Assembly: GCA_036499145.1 (NCBI GenBank)
Contig: DASYEG010000116.1
Span: forward strand, 798 to 64,797
Length of the DNA stretch: 64,000 bases
From: Micropepsaceae bacterium
GTDB lineage: Bacteria; Pseudomonadota; Alphaproteobacteria; Micropepsales; Micropepsaceae
Direction of reading: 5' to 3'
Numbering within the stretch: position 1 is the stretch's first letter; each line of letters opens with the position of its first letter. Position numbers and translations under genes: made by a program. The notes beneath the pieces were generated by a model, which worked only from the letters and a program-made list of their open reading frames with translations, was not told where the DNA came from and did no database searches. Positions 47,183-55,950 of the stretch are shown piece after piece.

Positions 47183-47267
47183 ACTGTCTTGCAACAGGCT
47201 GAGGAGGTCAATCGATTTAGGAGCCCATATTAAATCCTTTTAGGAGCCATATTAAAAATACACTCAT
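47183..47267 (-). promoter_or_regulatory. conserved AT-rich intergenic element, copy A: direct repeats + promoter-like core upstream of the TBDR gene
   Basis: Plus-strand sequence is ACTGTCTtGCAA-n6-GAGGAGgTCAATCgATTTAGGAGcccATATtAAAtccTTTTAGGAGccATAT...CTCAT. It matches copy B at 52227-52312 in blocks. Read on the minus strand it gives two TTAGGAG-complement repeats 23 nt apart, then TTGACC-n17-GACAGT. Confidence 0.55.
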
Positions 47268-47384
47268 CAGAAACCCGTATTCCGGTTGATACTGGACAAT
47301 CACGCCGGCCGCCATCAAACCGGATTTCTGAAGCGGAAAAAAATCAGCCGGATTAGAGCACTGCGGAAGCGAGGGAGAGATTTG

Positions 47385-48266
47385 ATGAAACGGCAGGCAC
47401 TGTTCTTCAGCATCGTTACGGCAGCAACGCTTGCTTTGCCCGCATTTGCCGCCGATGAGGGTATTACCGGCGTCCAGTGGGGCAGAAATTCCAAAGATTT
47501 CGACGGCATGCCATCCGGACCGAAACCGCTGAGAAATTTGAACCGCGATGCAAACGGCGTGGCCGACGACCATGCACTGGTAGGCGATTATCGCAATCCG
47601 ATTTTGACGCCGTACGCCGCCGCGATTGTGAAGCAAAAAGGCGAGGAAGCACTTGCGGCGGGCTTTACCACGCCGAAGGAACAGTGCCGTCCGTTAGCGC
47701 CGCCCTTCAGCGCGGCCATACAGTTCGATTTCCAGATCCTGCGTAAGAAAAGTGGCGACCTGACGATTGTTTATCACGCAGACAACCAGGTTCGGCACAT
47801 TCGCATGAACGGCACGCACCCAGCGAAGGTGGCGCCTACGCCGATGGGCGATTCGATCGGTCATTGGGAAGGCGATGCGCTGGTCGTCGATACCGTTGGG
47901 GTCAAGTCCGATAAGTTCACAATGGTGGACCGTTTTGGCATACCGCTGACGGAGGCGATGCATGTCGTGGAGCGTTATCGGCCGATCGACGGGGCGCGCG
48001 CCAAGGCGGATCTGACCAAATATGAGGAGAGCGAGGGCGTCGTGGGTGGCAGAACCAATGGCTACAATCCCGACACCAAGCTGACAGGGCTGCGGCTCGA
48101 AATCACGATGGAAGACCCGAAGGTGTTTACTCAGCCTTTGACCGGCGTCGTCACCTACCGGCGCCTGACGTTCGGTTGGCGGGAGGACGTCTGCGCCGAC
48201 AATCCGGTCGAACATTACAAAGACGAGTGGATCGGTCTGCCCACCGCGGGCCACCCGGATTTCTGA
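47385..48266 (+). CDS. secreted protein, uncharacterised paralog family, copy P2 (293 aa)
   Basis: ORF 47286..48266 with start set to ATG 47385 after GGGAGAG. Signal peptide MKRQALFFSIVTAATLALPAFAA. Core MGDSIGHWEGDALVVDTVGVKSDKF. C-terminus LPTAGHPDF. About 70% identical by eye to P4. Confidence 0.85.
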   Translation: MKRQALFFSIVTAATLALPAFAADEGITGVQWGRNSKDFDGMPSGPKPLRNLNRDANGVADDHALVGDYRNPILTPYAAAIVKQKGEEALAAGFTTPKEQCRPLAPPFSAAIQFDFQILRKKSGDLTIVYHADNQVRHIRMNGTHPAKVAPTPMGDSIGHWEGDALVVDTVGVKSDKFTMVDRFGIPLTEAMHVVERYRPIDGARAKADLTKYEESEGVVGGRTNGYNPDTKLTGLRLEITMEDPKVFTQPLTGVVTYRRLTFGWREDVCADNPVEHYKDEWIGLPTAGHPDF

Positions 48267-48468
48267 GCTGAAAACCTGTCATCGTTCACACCGCGCAATC
48301 GTGCTTCCTTGCTGGATCCACTGCTCCATTGTCGCAGCGTGCTGCCGGTGAGGATTGATGCCGATCAAATTGCCGGACGTAGCGATGTGGCAAACGGCGA
48401 CGTGTACCGATGACGAACTCGCGGCTATAAAACACCATCGTCATTCATAATTTAGGAGTCTTCTTGCA

Positions 48469-49266
48469 ATGAGTGCCAAAGTTGTTCACGTCGCGATTGC
48501 GTCGGATCATTACGCGATCAACGCGCGCTTCTACGAATCCCTCTTCGGCATGAAGCCGTCGAGCAAACCGAGGCCGTCACGCTCCGTTGTCGTCGGAGAT
48601 GGCTATGTCGGGCTGAATTGCATTCCGCGGCGTGAAGGGCGCTGTTCGGGGATCGATCATTTCGGGATCGAGGTGGACGATCTGGAAGATACGATCGCGC
48701 GCATCCACAAGTTCGATCCCACACTGGAGGCGGTGAAGCGGCCCCCGATCCGCCCGTTCGCGGCTTACAGTGCGCATGATCCAGACTGCAACGTGTTCGA
48801 TCTGTCGCAGCGGAATATTGGCGTCCAGAAAGACGTCTATGCCGAAAACGACGGCGAGACGCGGCCGCGCCGCATCAGCCATATTGCGATTCGTACGCGG
48901 CAGGCAGAAAAATGCGCGCAGTTCTATGCAGACGTGTTCGGGTTAGCGCCGCAGAACCGTCAGGACGAGAATTTCTACCTCAGCGACGGGCGCGTCACGC
49001 TGATGATCATTCCGTGGAAGATCGGCGATTATTATGGGCAGGACCCCGCGCGCACAGGGCTGGACCATATCGGATTCAAAGTGGAATCGGTCGAGCAGGT
49101 GAAGAAGGATATGGAATTCCTGATAGGCGAGAATCCGCTCATGCATGGGCGGCCCCTGGGCTATGGCCCGGAAGGCGAGTCCCGGCTGAAGCTGTTCCAA
49201 AAATGCCCGCTCGGTTGCTTCCATCTGACCGATATTGAAGGCGCGCTCATCGACGTGGGGGAGTGA
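48469..49266 (+). CDS. two-domain VOC family protein (glyoxalase / extradiol-dioxygenase fold)
   Basis: AGGAG RBS. Two tandem VOC modules (VVHVAIASDHYAINARFYESLFGM...IDHFGIEVDD and ISHIAIRTRQAEKCAQFYADVFGL...LDHIGFKVES). No signal peptide. Confidence 0.8.
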   Translation: MSAKVVHVAIASDHYAINARFYESLFGMKPSSKPRPSRSVVVGDGYVGLNCIPRREGRCSGIDHFGIEVDDLEDTIARIHKFDPTLEAVKRPPIRPFAAYSAHDPDCNVFDLSQRNIGVQKDVYAENDGETRPRRISHIAIRTRQAEKCAQFYADVFGLAPQNRQDENFYLSDGRVTLMIIPWKIGDYYGQDPARTGLDHIGFKVESVEQVKKDMEFLIGENPLMHGRPLGYGPEGESRLKLFQKCPLGCFHLTDIEGALIDVGE

Positions 49267-49449
49267 GCGAATTTTGCGTTAAAATGTTCGGCCCGGTGTA
49301 CCGCTGGGCCGGTTTGCGCCGGCGCGCAGACCTCGCTTTGAACGCGGGAGGCCGCGCGCGATCACTGTAGTCGCTTCAGATTTCTCCCTGGCGGCCGGCG
49401 CGGTTCATTCCATTCCAACAGAACGTCCAAGAATGTACGGCTCTGCGCG

Positions 49450-50319
49450 TTATTTTCTGGTCAGCTCTTCATAGGTTGTTTCGGTGAACGTCTGGAACCG
49501 ATTGGCTGACTTTAGCGGCTCTCCGAAAGCCTGCTTGATATCATCGAGCGATTTGCCTTGTTTCACGAGATCGGCGATCCGTGCGCGTTTCGCTTCCGCA
49601 TTCGCAAGACTCTGGCGCACCTGCTCTCTCGTTCCAGCGCCCGCGTGGCCGCGAACATACGTATCGGCATCGAGATCCACGAGCGCGGAGACGAATTTGA
49701 TCCAGCCTTCTGAGCTGCCGTTCTTGAAAAGGTGAATGGTCGGATCGCCGTCGCCGATGAGATCGCCGCTGGCGACGAGCTTATAATCGGGAAAATAGAC
49801 AGCAAGATCGCCGCTCGTGTGGGCGGGCGCGATATGGATCAGCGTCATTTTAACACCCTCGACGGTGATGGATTCGCGCATTTGCGTGATGATTTTGTTG
49901 GGCAGGTATTCCTTGGGAGGCGATTGAAGCCCACCCGCAGCCAAATCCTTTTCGATTTCCTTTTTATCGTTCTCGTGAGCGATGACGGTCAAATTTAAAC
50001 CCTTGGGAAAGCCCCCTAGGCCGCGCACATGGTCTGGATCGCTGTGGGTGAGGATAACCGTCGTAATGGGTTTATTCGTCAGCTTTCCAACTTCATCGAC
50101 GAGTTGCTTGCCATCCGGCGGCCTGTTTTTTGCGTCAACGACGATAACGCCATTCTGGCCGATGATGATGGTGGACGCGCCGCCGCCGCCCTCGGCCATG
50201 TAAATGTTGTCTTTGAGCTTCGTTACGGTCAGTCCCGGATCGGGCACCTGAGCAAATGCCGGCATACCGAAAAAAGCCAATACCGTAACGGTGAATAGAC
50301 CGGCCGTTCGAGTTCGCAT
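49450..50319 (-). CDS. secreted MBL-fold metallo-hydrolase
   Basis: ORF 49450..50370 with start set to ATG 50319 after GGAG. Signal peptide MRTRTAGLFTVTVLAFFGMPAFAQ. The metal motif ILTHSDPDHVRG is a variant of HxHxDH with the second His replaced by Asp. Confidence 0.8.
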   Translation of the reverse strand: MRTRTAGLFTVTVLAFFGMPAFAQVPDPGLTVTKLKDNIYMAEGGGGASTIIIGQNGVIVVDAKNRPPDGKQLVDEVGKLTNKPITTVILTHSDPDHVRGLGGFPKGLNLTVIAHENDKKEIEKDLAAGGLQSPPKEYLPNKIITQMRESITVEGVKMTLIHIAPAHTSGDLAVYFPDYKLVASGDLIGDGDPTIHLFKNGSSEGWIKFVSALVDLDADTYVRGHAGAGTREQVRQSLANAEAKRARIADLVKQGKSLDDIKQAFGEPLKSANRFQTFTETTYEELTRK

Positions 50320-50376
50320 GATGGACTCCATTTTGAGTTGCTTCAGCTGGCGCATTTCGTCCGGCAACATTGTCCT

Positions 50377-51213
50377 TCAAAAATCAGGCTTTGATGCTGT
50401 CGGTAAGCGAAAGAACTTTCCCGTAACGGGATTGTTCGCCGCTTCGGCGCAGGCTGCTTCCGCAAGCGGGTCGGAAGCTCGTCTGTATTTTGTAATGGCG
50501 GACCATGTGGCCGTGAATGCTTTCGGATCGTCATAGGTCAATGTTCCCTCGAGGGTCTTGCCATCCGAAAGAACTTTATATCGCTCGATCAGATGGAGAT
50601 CGGAGCTGTGCGGCGTTCCGTAGCGGTCGATGAGGGATCGGTCGTTGAAGCCAATCGTGTCGATAACGAGCGTATCGCCTTCATAGCGGCCAACCGATTC
50701 GCCATACCAAGATGGTGCCGGATTTTTCGTGTGCGATCGATTCAGATAGACGCGCCGGACCTCGTGGTCGCGCGCATATACGATATAGACAGTCCGCTGT
50801 GTCTGAATGAAATAGTGTTGGTCGGCCCACAACACCGCCGCAGGCCCGCCAGGCCAGCAATTGCTCTGAGCCCAAAACGGATCTTCACCTCGGATAGCGG
50901 TTTCCGCTTCGCTTTTTAGGATGCCCGCGGCCCATGGCGTAAGAATGGGACTTCGGTAATCGCCGATCCAAGGCCTCGAGGTGTTCCTGCGATGCGCTGC
51001 GTCGACGCCAAATCCAAAATGCGAATACCCCGCCAGATCGCCTATCGGCCCCGGGCCAGCCTCCGGGTCCAGCAGGCCAGTCGCATTTGTGCTTTCCCAG
51101 CTTCCGGAAAAATCGGGATAATCGGGGGAGGGGCTTTGCGCTGCCGCCGCACTCACAGCCAAGAGCACGACCAGGCCCAAAAGAAATACCCGTTTTGATG
51201 TCTTAGGTTTCAT
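50377..51213 (-). CDS. secreted protein, uncharacterised paralog family, copy P3 (278 aa)
   Basis: ORF 50377..51252 with start set to ATG 51213 (MKPKTSKRVFLLGLVVLLAVSAAAAQ). Core WYGESVGRYEGDTLVIDTIGFNDRSLIDRYGTPHSSDLHLIERYKV. C-terminus LPTASKPDF. Confidence 0.8.
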   Translation of the reverse strand: MKPKTSKRVFLLGLVVLLAVSAAAAQSPSPDYPDFSGSWESTNATGLLDPEAGPGPIGDLAGYSHFGFGVDAAHRRNTSRPWIGDYRSPILTPWAAGILKSEAETAIRGEDPFWAQSNCWPGGPAAVLWADQHYFIQTQRTVYIVYARDHEVRRVYLNRSHTKNPAPSWYGESVGRYEGDTLVIDTIGFNDRSLIDRYGTPHSSDLHLIERYKVLSDGKTLEGTLTYDDPKAFTATWSAITKYRRASDPLAEAACAEAANNPVTGKFFRLPTASKPDF

Positions 51214-51281
51214 GGCCGCCCCCGGTGCCAATAGCATTGGTGTCGCGCGCAACGGAGCGTCCGCGTCGCATATTCATTCGG

Positions 51282-52166
51282 TTAGAAATCCGGATGGTTC
51301 GCCATGGGCAGGCCGATCCACTCATCTTTGTAATGCTCGATTGGATTGTCGGCGCAGACGTATTCCCGCCAACCGAAGGTCAGGGGCAGGTAGGTGACGA
51401 CGGCGGTCAAAGGCTGGGTAAACACCTTCGGGTCCTCCATCGTGACTTCCAGCCGCAATCCCTTCCGATTGGGATCGGGGGTGTAGCCATTGGTTCTGCC
51501 ACCGATGACGCCCTCGGTTTTTTCATACGCGGCGATATCCGCCTTGGCACGGGCGCCCTCGATCAACCGATAGCGCTCCACGACATGCATCAATTCGCTC
51601 TGCGGTGTGCCAAAAAGATCCGACGATATGAACGCGTCGGTCTTTATCCCAACGGTATCGATGACCAGCATGTCGCCTTCCCAATGACCGATCGAATCGC
51701 CCATTGCCGAAGGCGCCAGTTTCGCGGGGTGCGTGCCGTTCATCCGGATGTGACGAACCTGGTTGTCTACGTGATACACAATGGTCAGGTCGCCATCCTT
51801 CTTCGGCAGGATATGAAAATCGAATTGAACGGCGGCGGTCAGTGGCGGCGCTATCGTGCGGCACTGATCCTCAGAAGTGGAAAAGCCTCCCTCAGCAATC
51901 GCTTGTTCGCCCTTTTTCTTCAAAGCCGCGGCTGCTTCCGGCGTCAAAATCGGATTGCGATAATCGCCCACCATTTGGCTGCTGTTGGCCACGCCATCGA
52001 GATGGCGGCTCAAATTTTTCACGGGTTGCGGTCCGGATGGCATGCCCCCGAAATTGTAGGAATTCCTGCCCCATTGGACGCCTGTGATACCGTCACCGGC
52101 GGCAAATGCGGGCACAGCAAACATTGCCGCTGTGAGGATGTTGAAGAACAGCGCCTGCCGTTTCAT
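51282..52166 (-). CDS. secreted protein, uncharacterised paralog family, copy P4 (294 aa)
   Basis: ORF 51282..52238 with start set to ATG 52166 (MKRQALFFNILTAAMFAVPAFAA). Core MGDSIGHWEGDMLVIDTVGIKTDAF. C-terminus LPMANHPDF. Closest relative of P2, in inverted orientation. Confidence 0.85.
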   Translation of the reverse strand: MKRQALFFNILTAAMFAVPAFAAGDGITGVQWGRNSYNFGGMPSGPQPVKNLSRHLDGVANSSQMVGDYRNPILTPEAAAALKKKGEQAIAEGGFSTSEDQCRTIAPPLTAAVQFDFHILPKKDGDLTIVYHVDNQVRHIRMNGTHPAKLAPSAMGDSIGHWEGDMLVIDTVGIKTDAFISSDLFGTPQSELMHVVERYRLIEGARAKADIAAYEKTEGVIGGRTNGYTPDPNRKGLRLEVTMEDPKVFTQPLTAVVTYLPLTFGWREYVCADNPIEHYKDEWIGLPMANHPDF

Positions 52167-52226
52167 CGCACCCCCCTCTTGGGATCGCCCTTCCCGTGCA
52201 GCAGATTGTCTGCCGCTGCCAATCAG

Positions 52227-52312
52227 ACTGTCTGGCAATAATTAGAGGAGATCAATCAATTTAGGAGATATATCAAAATTTTTTAGGAGATATGTTAAAG
52301 CCATTCGCTCAT
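52227..52312 (-). promoter_or_regulatory. conserved AT-rich intergenic element, copy B, upstream of P4
   Basis: Plus-strand sequence is ACTGTCTgGCAA-n6-GAGGAGaTCAATCaATTTAGGAGataTATCAAAattTTTTAGGAGatATGT...CTCAT. Same plus-strand orientation as copy A. On the minus strand it gives TTGATC-n17-GACAGT about 55-60 nt upstream of the P4 ATG (52166). Confidence 0.55.
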
Positions 52313-52410
52313 AAGCGGGTGGCTCGCCGTTCATGCGGCAATAAAATCTGTCGCAGCGAACACTCCGGACAAAAATAACGCTGCAACCGCCTTTCCGGAA
52401 AAATCCCGAT

Positions 52411-53298
52411 TTAAAAATCTGGCGTGCCGGCAGTTGGAACCGCGACGTCTTTCTCAGTGCCGTATTTGCGCGGGTTCTCAGCGCAAACGTCCTCTCCCCA
52501 GATCTGCGGATTCACGCGCTCATATGTAATCGTCGCGGACCAGGGTGTGGTGAACACAACGGGATCCTCGACCGTAAACCGCAGCTGCAGATACTGGCTG
52601 GTTTCATTGAATTTGCCGTCAAAATCGGGGATGACATTTTCCTTTGCGCTGCGTTCCAATCCCTCTTTCGCGGCCGCGTAATCCAGCAGCCTATATCGCT
52701 CGATGACATGCAGCGCCGGGCTGTGCGGCGTGCCGTACCAGTCTACCATGGCATAAGGGCCAACCTTCACGCCGACCGTATCGATGACCAGCGTGTCGCC
52801 TTCGTAGTGACCGACGGAATCGCCATACCAGGATGGCGTCACGCGCGCCGGATGAGACTGATTCATGCGGACGTGGCGAATCTGGTGATCGCCGTTATAG
52901 AGAATCAGGATCTCGGTCGGTGTCTGAAGCATCTGAATTTCATTGTTGGTGAATTCGAAGGGCACGCCTCCGGGCCAACATTGGTTGCGTGGCGTCGGAT
53001 AGCCGTAATGGTCCAGCGACATTTCGCCGAACGTCTTCACGAGCGCCGCCGTCTCCGGCCTCAGAATAGGATTGCGGTAATCGCCGACGAGTTGCCTGTT
53101 GTTGCTGACATTCCGTTCGCGTCGGTGCAGGTTGACCAGCGACGTGGAACCCGAGGCCAATGGTTCGAAACCGGGGATTCCCTGGTGGTTATATGTACCG
53201 GAGAAATCCGGAATAGGCGCGGTTTCCCCAACGCCAGACGCCGCGCCGAACGTTCCGAGGATCACGAGCAGAAGGAAATTCCACGGCTGCGCATTCAT
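52411..53298 (-). CDS. secreted protein, uncharacterised paralog family, copy P5 (295 aa)
   Basis: Signal-like N-terminus MNAQPWNFLLLVILGTFGAASG. Core WYGDSVGHYEGDTLVIDTVGVKVGPYAMVDWYGTPHSPALHVIERYRL. C-terminus VPTAGTPDF. Starts 33 nt after the ThDP-enzyme stop. Confidence 0.8.
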   Translation of the reverse strand: MNAQPWNFLLLVILGTFGAASGVGETAPIPDFSGTYNHQGIPGFEPLASGSTSLVNLHRRERNVSNNRQLVGDYRNPILRPETAALVKTFGEMSLDHYGYPTPRNQCWPGGVPFEFTNNEIQMLQTPTEILILYNGDHQIRHVRMNQSHPARVTPSWYGDSVGHYEGDTLVIDTVGVKVGPYAMVDWYGTPHSPALHVIERYRLLDYAAAKEGLERSAKENVIPDFDGKFNETSQYLQLRFTVEDPVVFTTPWSATITYERVNPQIWGEDVCAENPRKYGTEKDVAVPTAGTPDF

Positions 53299-53331
53299 GG
53301 TTCGTTCCAGCTTTTATGCGTGATGCGTGTA

Positions 53332-55050
53332 TTAGCCCGTGCCACAGATGACGTTGAGCAGCGCCTGTTGGCCGCCCGCCACTGCATCAAGCGCGCGATC
53401 GAGCGCTTTAGGAAGCGCGGCTGCATTTTCCACACGTTCGCCATAACCGCCGACCGTCTCGATGGTCTTCTCATAGCGCGTGCCGGGCTCGAAATAGGTC
53501 AGCGGTTCATGATTGCTCTTGGCCGCATAGCCGTCCGGGTAGACATCGCGCGTGTTACGGCGGACCGCATTCCACATCTCGTTGTTATAGATCACGGTCA
53601 GGGTCGGAAGCTTTTCGGCCTTGCCGACATAATGGGCGGCAATCGGATTGCCGAACATATAGGAGCCGTCACCGACCGCGCAGATCACGAGTCTGTCCGG
53701 CATCGCCGCTTTCATCCCGAGAGCGGTACCGAGGCCCCAACCGAGCGCACCACCCTGCCCCAGCGAATAAAAAGTACCCGGCTTGTTGAAATGCAGATGC
53801 TCCGAAGGAGTCAGGGCTTCCTTGACAACAATGCCATCCTCGCCTTTCACCCGATCGATGCAATGATTGATCCAGCCGGGGTGGATGGTGGAGGCGTTTT
53901 TCGCCTTTTCCAGGTTGGCTGCAATGCGCGTATGCAACGTGTCGCGCGCTTCCGCCACCTTGCACCGGCGTGCCTCGATCCGCGATGAGGCCGCCTTTTC
54001 GCGCGTTGCCAATGCGTCCGTCAGTGCGGGAAGGCTTGCGCCAAGCACGCCGGTGATCGCCAGATCGCAGGGGAAGCCGCGCAATGGATAATTCTCGAAG
54101 AGTGGATCGGCGCCGATATGGATGATCTTGCAATCAGGGCGCGGCGCCTTGCGCTTGGGTACCCAAGGCACATCGGCTTCCAGCACCACGATAACGTCGG
54201 CGGCGTCGAAATAGCTTTCCGGATTCGACCCGAGATGCATCGGGCTGTTCCATGGCATGGACATGTAATGATGCTTGCGCTCGAACACGGGAATAGCGAA
54301 GCGCTCCGCAACGGCTGCCAATTTCGCCACATCGGTTTCCACGCGGCCTGCGGCGCGCGTGATGATGAGTGGAAATTCCGCCGCCGCCAGCATATCGGCT
54401 GCGCGGTCGATGGCGTTCTTGTCGGGAAATGCCGGCGAGGGCGTCGCGTGACGCGACGGCGAAGCGTAACGGAAATTCTTAATCGGCGCGGCAAGCGTCT
54501 CGCGCGGCAGCGTCAAATAAACCGGTCCCATCGGCTCGCTCATGGCGATGTTCAGCGCGCGGTCGACCGCTGCTTCCATCGTCTCGCCATTGGGCAGCTC
54601 GTAGTCCCATTTGACGAATTCGCGCACCATGGCGCGCTGATCGCGCATTTCCTGCGGCCAATGGATTTCGCCGCCGCGCATGCCCATCAACCCGCCTTCT
54701 TCGGAATAGGGCGTGCGGCCGGCGGTGAACAGCACAGGAATATTGCCGCGCCACCCGTTGATGATGCCGCAGAGCGCATTGGCCGTGCCGACGTTCACAT
54801 GCACCATGACGGCCTGCGGGCGGCCGGTCTTGAGGTAATAGCCCTGCGCCATGGCGATGGCGACGTTTTCATGCGGCACGGTGATGGGCTTGGGCACTTT
54901 CGTGCCCTCCACTTGTGCTTTGGCATAAGCCTCGATGATCGGCGCGAAATCCGTGCCGGCATTGGCGAATAGACAATCGATGCCGCGGTCCGCCAGCAGC
55001 GCAAGATAAGCGTCGGCGACCGTTCCCGACTCGATGATCTTTATGGACAC
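53332..55050 (-). CDS. thiamine-diphosphate-dependent enzyme (acetolactate-synthase-like fold, substrate unknown)
   Basis: 572 aa. N-terminal Pyr domain (…VPHENVAIAMAQGYYLKTGRPQAVMVHVNVGTANA…). C-terminal ThDP motif GDGSYMFGNPIAAHYVGKAEKLPTLTVIYNNEMWN (GDG-x-NN). Confidence 0.85.
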   Translation of the reverse strand: MSIKIIESGTVADAYLALLADRGIDCLFANAGTDFAPIIEAYAKAQVEGTKVPKPITVPHENVAIAMAQGYYLKTGRPQAVMVHVNVGTANALCGIINGWRGNIPVLFTAGRTPYSEEGGLMGMRGGEIHWPQEMRDQRAMVREFVKWDYELPNGETMEAAVDRALNIAMSEPMGPVYLTLPRETLAAPIKNFRYASPSRHATPSPAFPDKNAIDRAADMLAAAEFPLIITRAAGRVETDVAKLAAVAERFAIPVFERKHHYMSMPWNSPMHLGSNPESYFDAADVIVVLEADVPWVPKRKAPRPDCKIIHIGADPLFENYPLRGFPCDLAITGVLGASLPALTDALATREKAASSRIEARRCKVAEARDTLHTRIAANLEKAKNASTIHPGWINHCIDRVKGEDGIVVKEALTPSEHLHFNKPGTFYSLGQGGALGWGLGTALGMKAAMPDRLVICAVGDGSYMFGNPIAAHYVGKAEKLPTLTVIYNNEMWNAVRRNTRDVYPDGYAAKSNHEPLTYFEPGTRYEKTIETVGGYGERVENAAALPKALDRALDAVAGGQQALLNVICGTG

Positions 55051-55063
55051 AAAGGACTCCGCT

Positions 55064-55924
55064 TTAGTTTTTCAGGAACGGCACGGCGAGGCGGATGAAT
55101 TCATCCGCCGCATCCCACGGCACAAGATGTTTACAGCCATTGACAATGTGAACATCGAGCTGCGGGAATTTTTCCTTCAGCAGCGTGGCGCGCTCGGCTG
55201 CTTTGGCGCGGTCTTCGCGGCCGAAGATCATCAGCAGCGGCATCTTCAACTCGATGAGGCGCTGCCACAGCGGCATCTTCGGCTGCTTCGGCGGCAATAC
55301 TTCGGCGGCCTGATTGCGCGCGACAAAAGCCTGGAAATTCCTACCGATGCTGCGCGCGTGCCGAAGCGCCAATTCCTCCGGCGTGATCAGCTCGTGATGA
55401 AACAAATTCGCTTCGAGCAGCTTGCGCGTATCGTCAATCGCCGGCTCGCTCTGAGCCATGCGCCGCTCCAGCCTCTGCTGCGCAGCACCTTTATTGCCCT
55501 CGCCTTCGCCGTCAACCGGCGGCAAAAGGCTGCCCGTTCCGAGCACGACGATATGCGAATAGCGGGACGGATCGGTGAGCGCGAGCTGCACCGCGGGATT
55601 GCCGGCTTGCGAATGACCTGCGAGCGCTGCCTGCTTCAGGCCCAATGCCTCCATAAACTTCGGAATACTGTCGCGACGATAGGCGGGCGACAGGTCGGTG
55701 GGTACATCGGAAAGGCCAAAACCTGGCTGATCGAAGGCGATGGCGCGGAAGCCCGCTTGGGCCAGCGGCGCAAGATTGCGGATGAACACATCCGCCGACG
55801 AACCCAAGGATGCGCCATGCAGAAGAAGAACGGCCGGTCCTTCGCCTTCTTCGATATATCGCAGGGCGAGGCCATCGACCGTCACGAATTTATCTTGCAC
55901 GCGAGTCACGCGGTCGGTGCTCAA
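55064..55924 (-). CDS. alpha/beta hydrolase (meta-cleavage-product-hydrolase-like size and motifs)
   Basis: Inner part of ORF 55064..56296. Proposed TTG start at 55924 after GGGAG gives (M)STDRVTRVQDKFVTVDGLALRYIEEGEGPAVLLLHGAS. Nucleophile elbow GHSQAG. The upstream extension overlaps the MFS gene end and looks non-coding. Confidence 0.75.
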   Translation of the reverse strand: MSTDRVTRVQDKFVTVDGLALRYIEEGEGPAVLLLHGASLGSSADVFIRNLAPLAQAGFRAIAFDQPGFGLSDVPTDLSPAYRRDSIPKFMEALGLKQAALAGHSQAGNPAVQLALTDPSRYSHIVVLGTGSLLPPVDGEGEGNKGAAQQRLERRMAQSEPAIDDTRKLLEANLFHHELITPEELALRHARSIGRNFQAFVARNQAAEVLPPKQPKMPLWQRLIELKMPLLMIFGREDRAKAAERATLLKEKFPQLDVHIVNGCKHLVPWDAADEFIRLAVPFLKN

Positions 55925-55950
55925 TGCTCCACTCCCTTTTCGGACATCGA

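Noticed and set aside
49289-49315. CGGCCC-n11-GGGCCG hairpin after the VOC gene as a terminator
   Set aside because: The stem is only 6 bp, the loop is 11 nt, and only GTTT follows. Too weak to call.
52292-52378. 28-aa ORF (MLKPFAHKRVARRSCGNKICRSEHSGQK) starting inside copy B of the AT-rich element
   Set aside because: AGGAG is only 2 nt from the ATG. The corresponding position in copy A has no ATG or ORF. I therefore read the conservation as DNA/regulatory rather than coding.
52708-53988. 426-aa plus-strand ORF opposite P5 and the ThDP enzyme
   Set aside because: Antisense shadow crossing a gene boundary. The same reasoning applies to 51225-52241 (+), 4065-5543 (-), 14938-16101 (-), 18178-19200 (-) and 62809-63855 (-).
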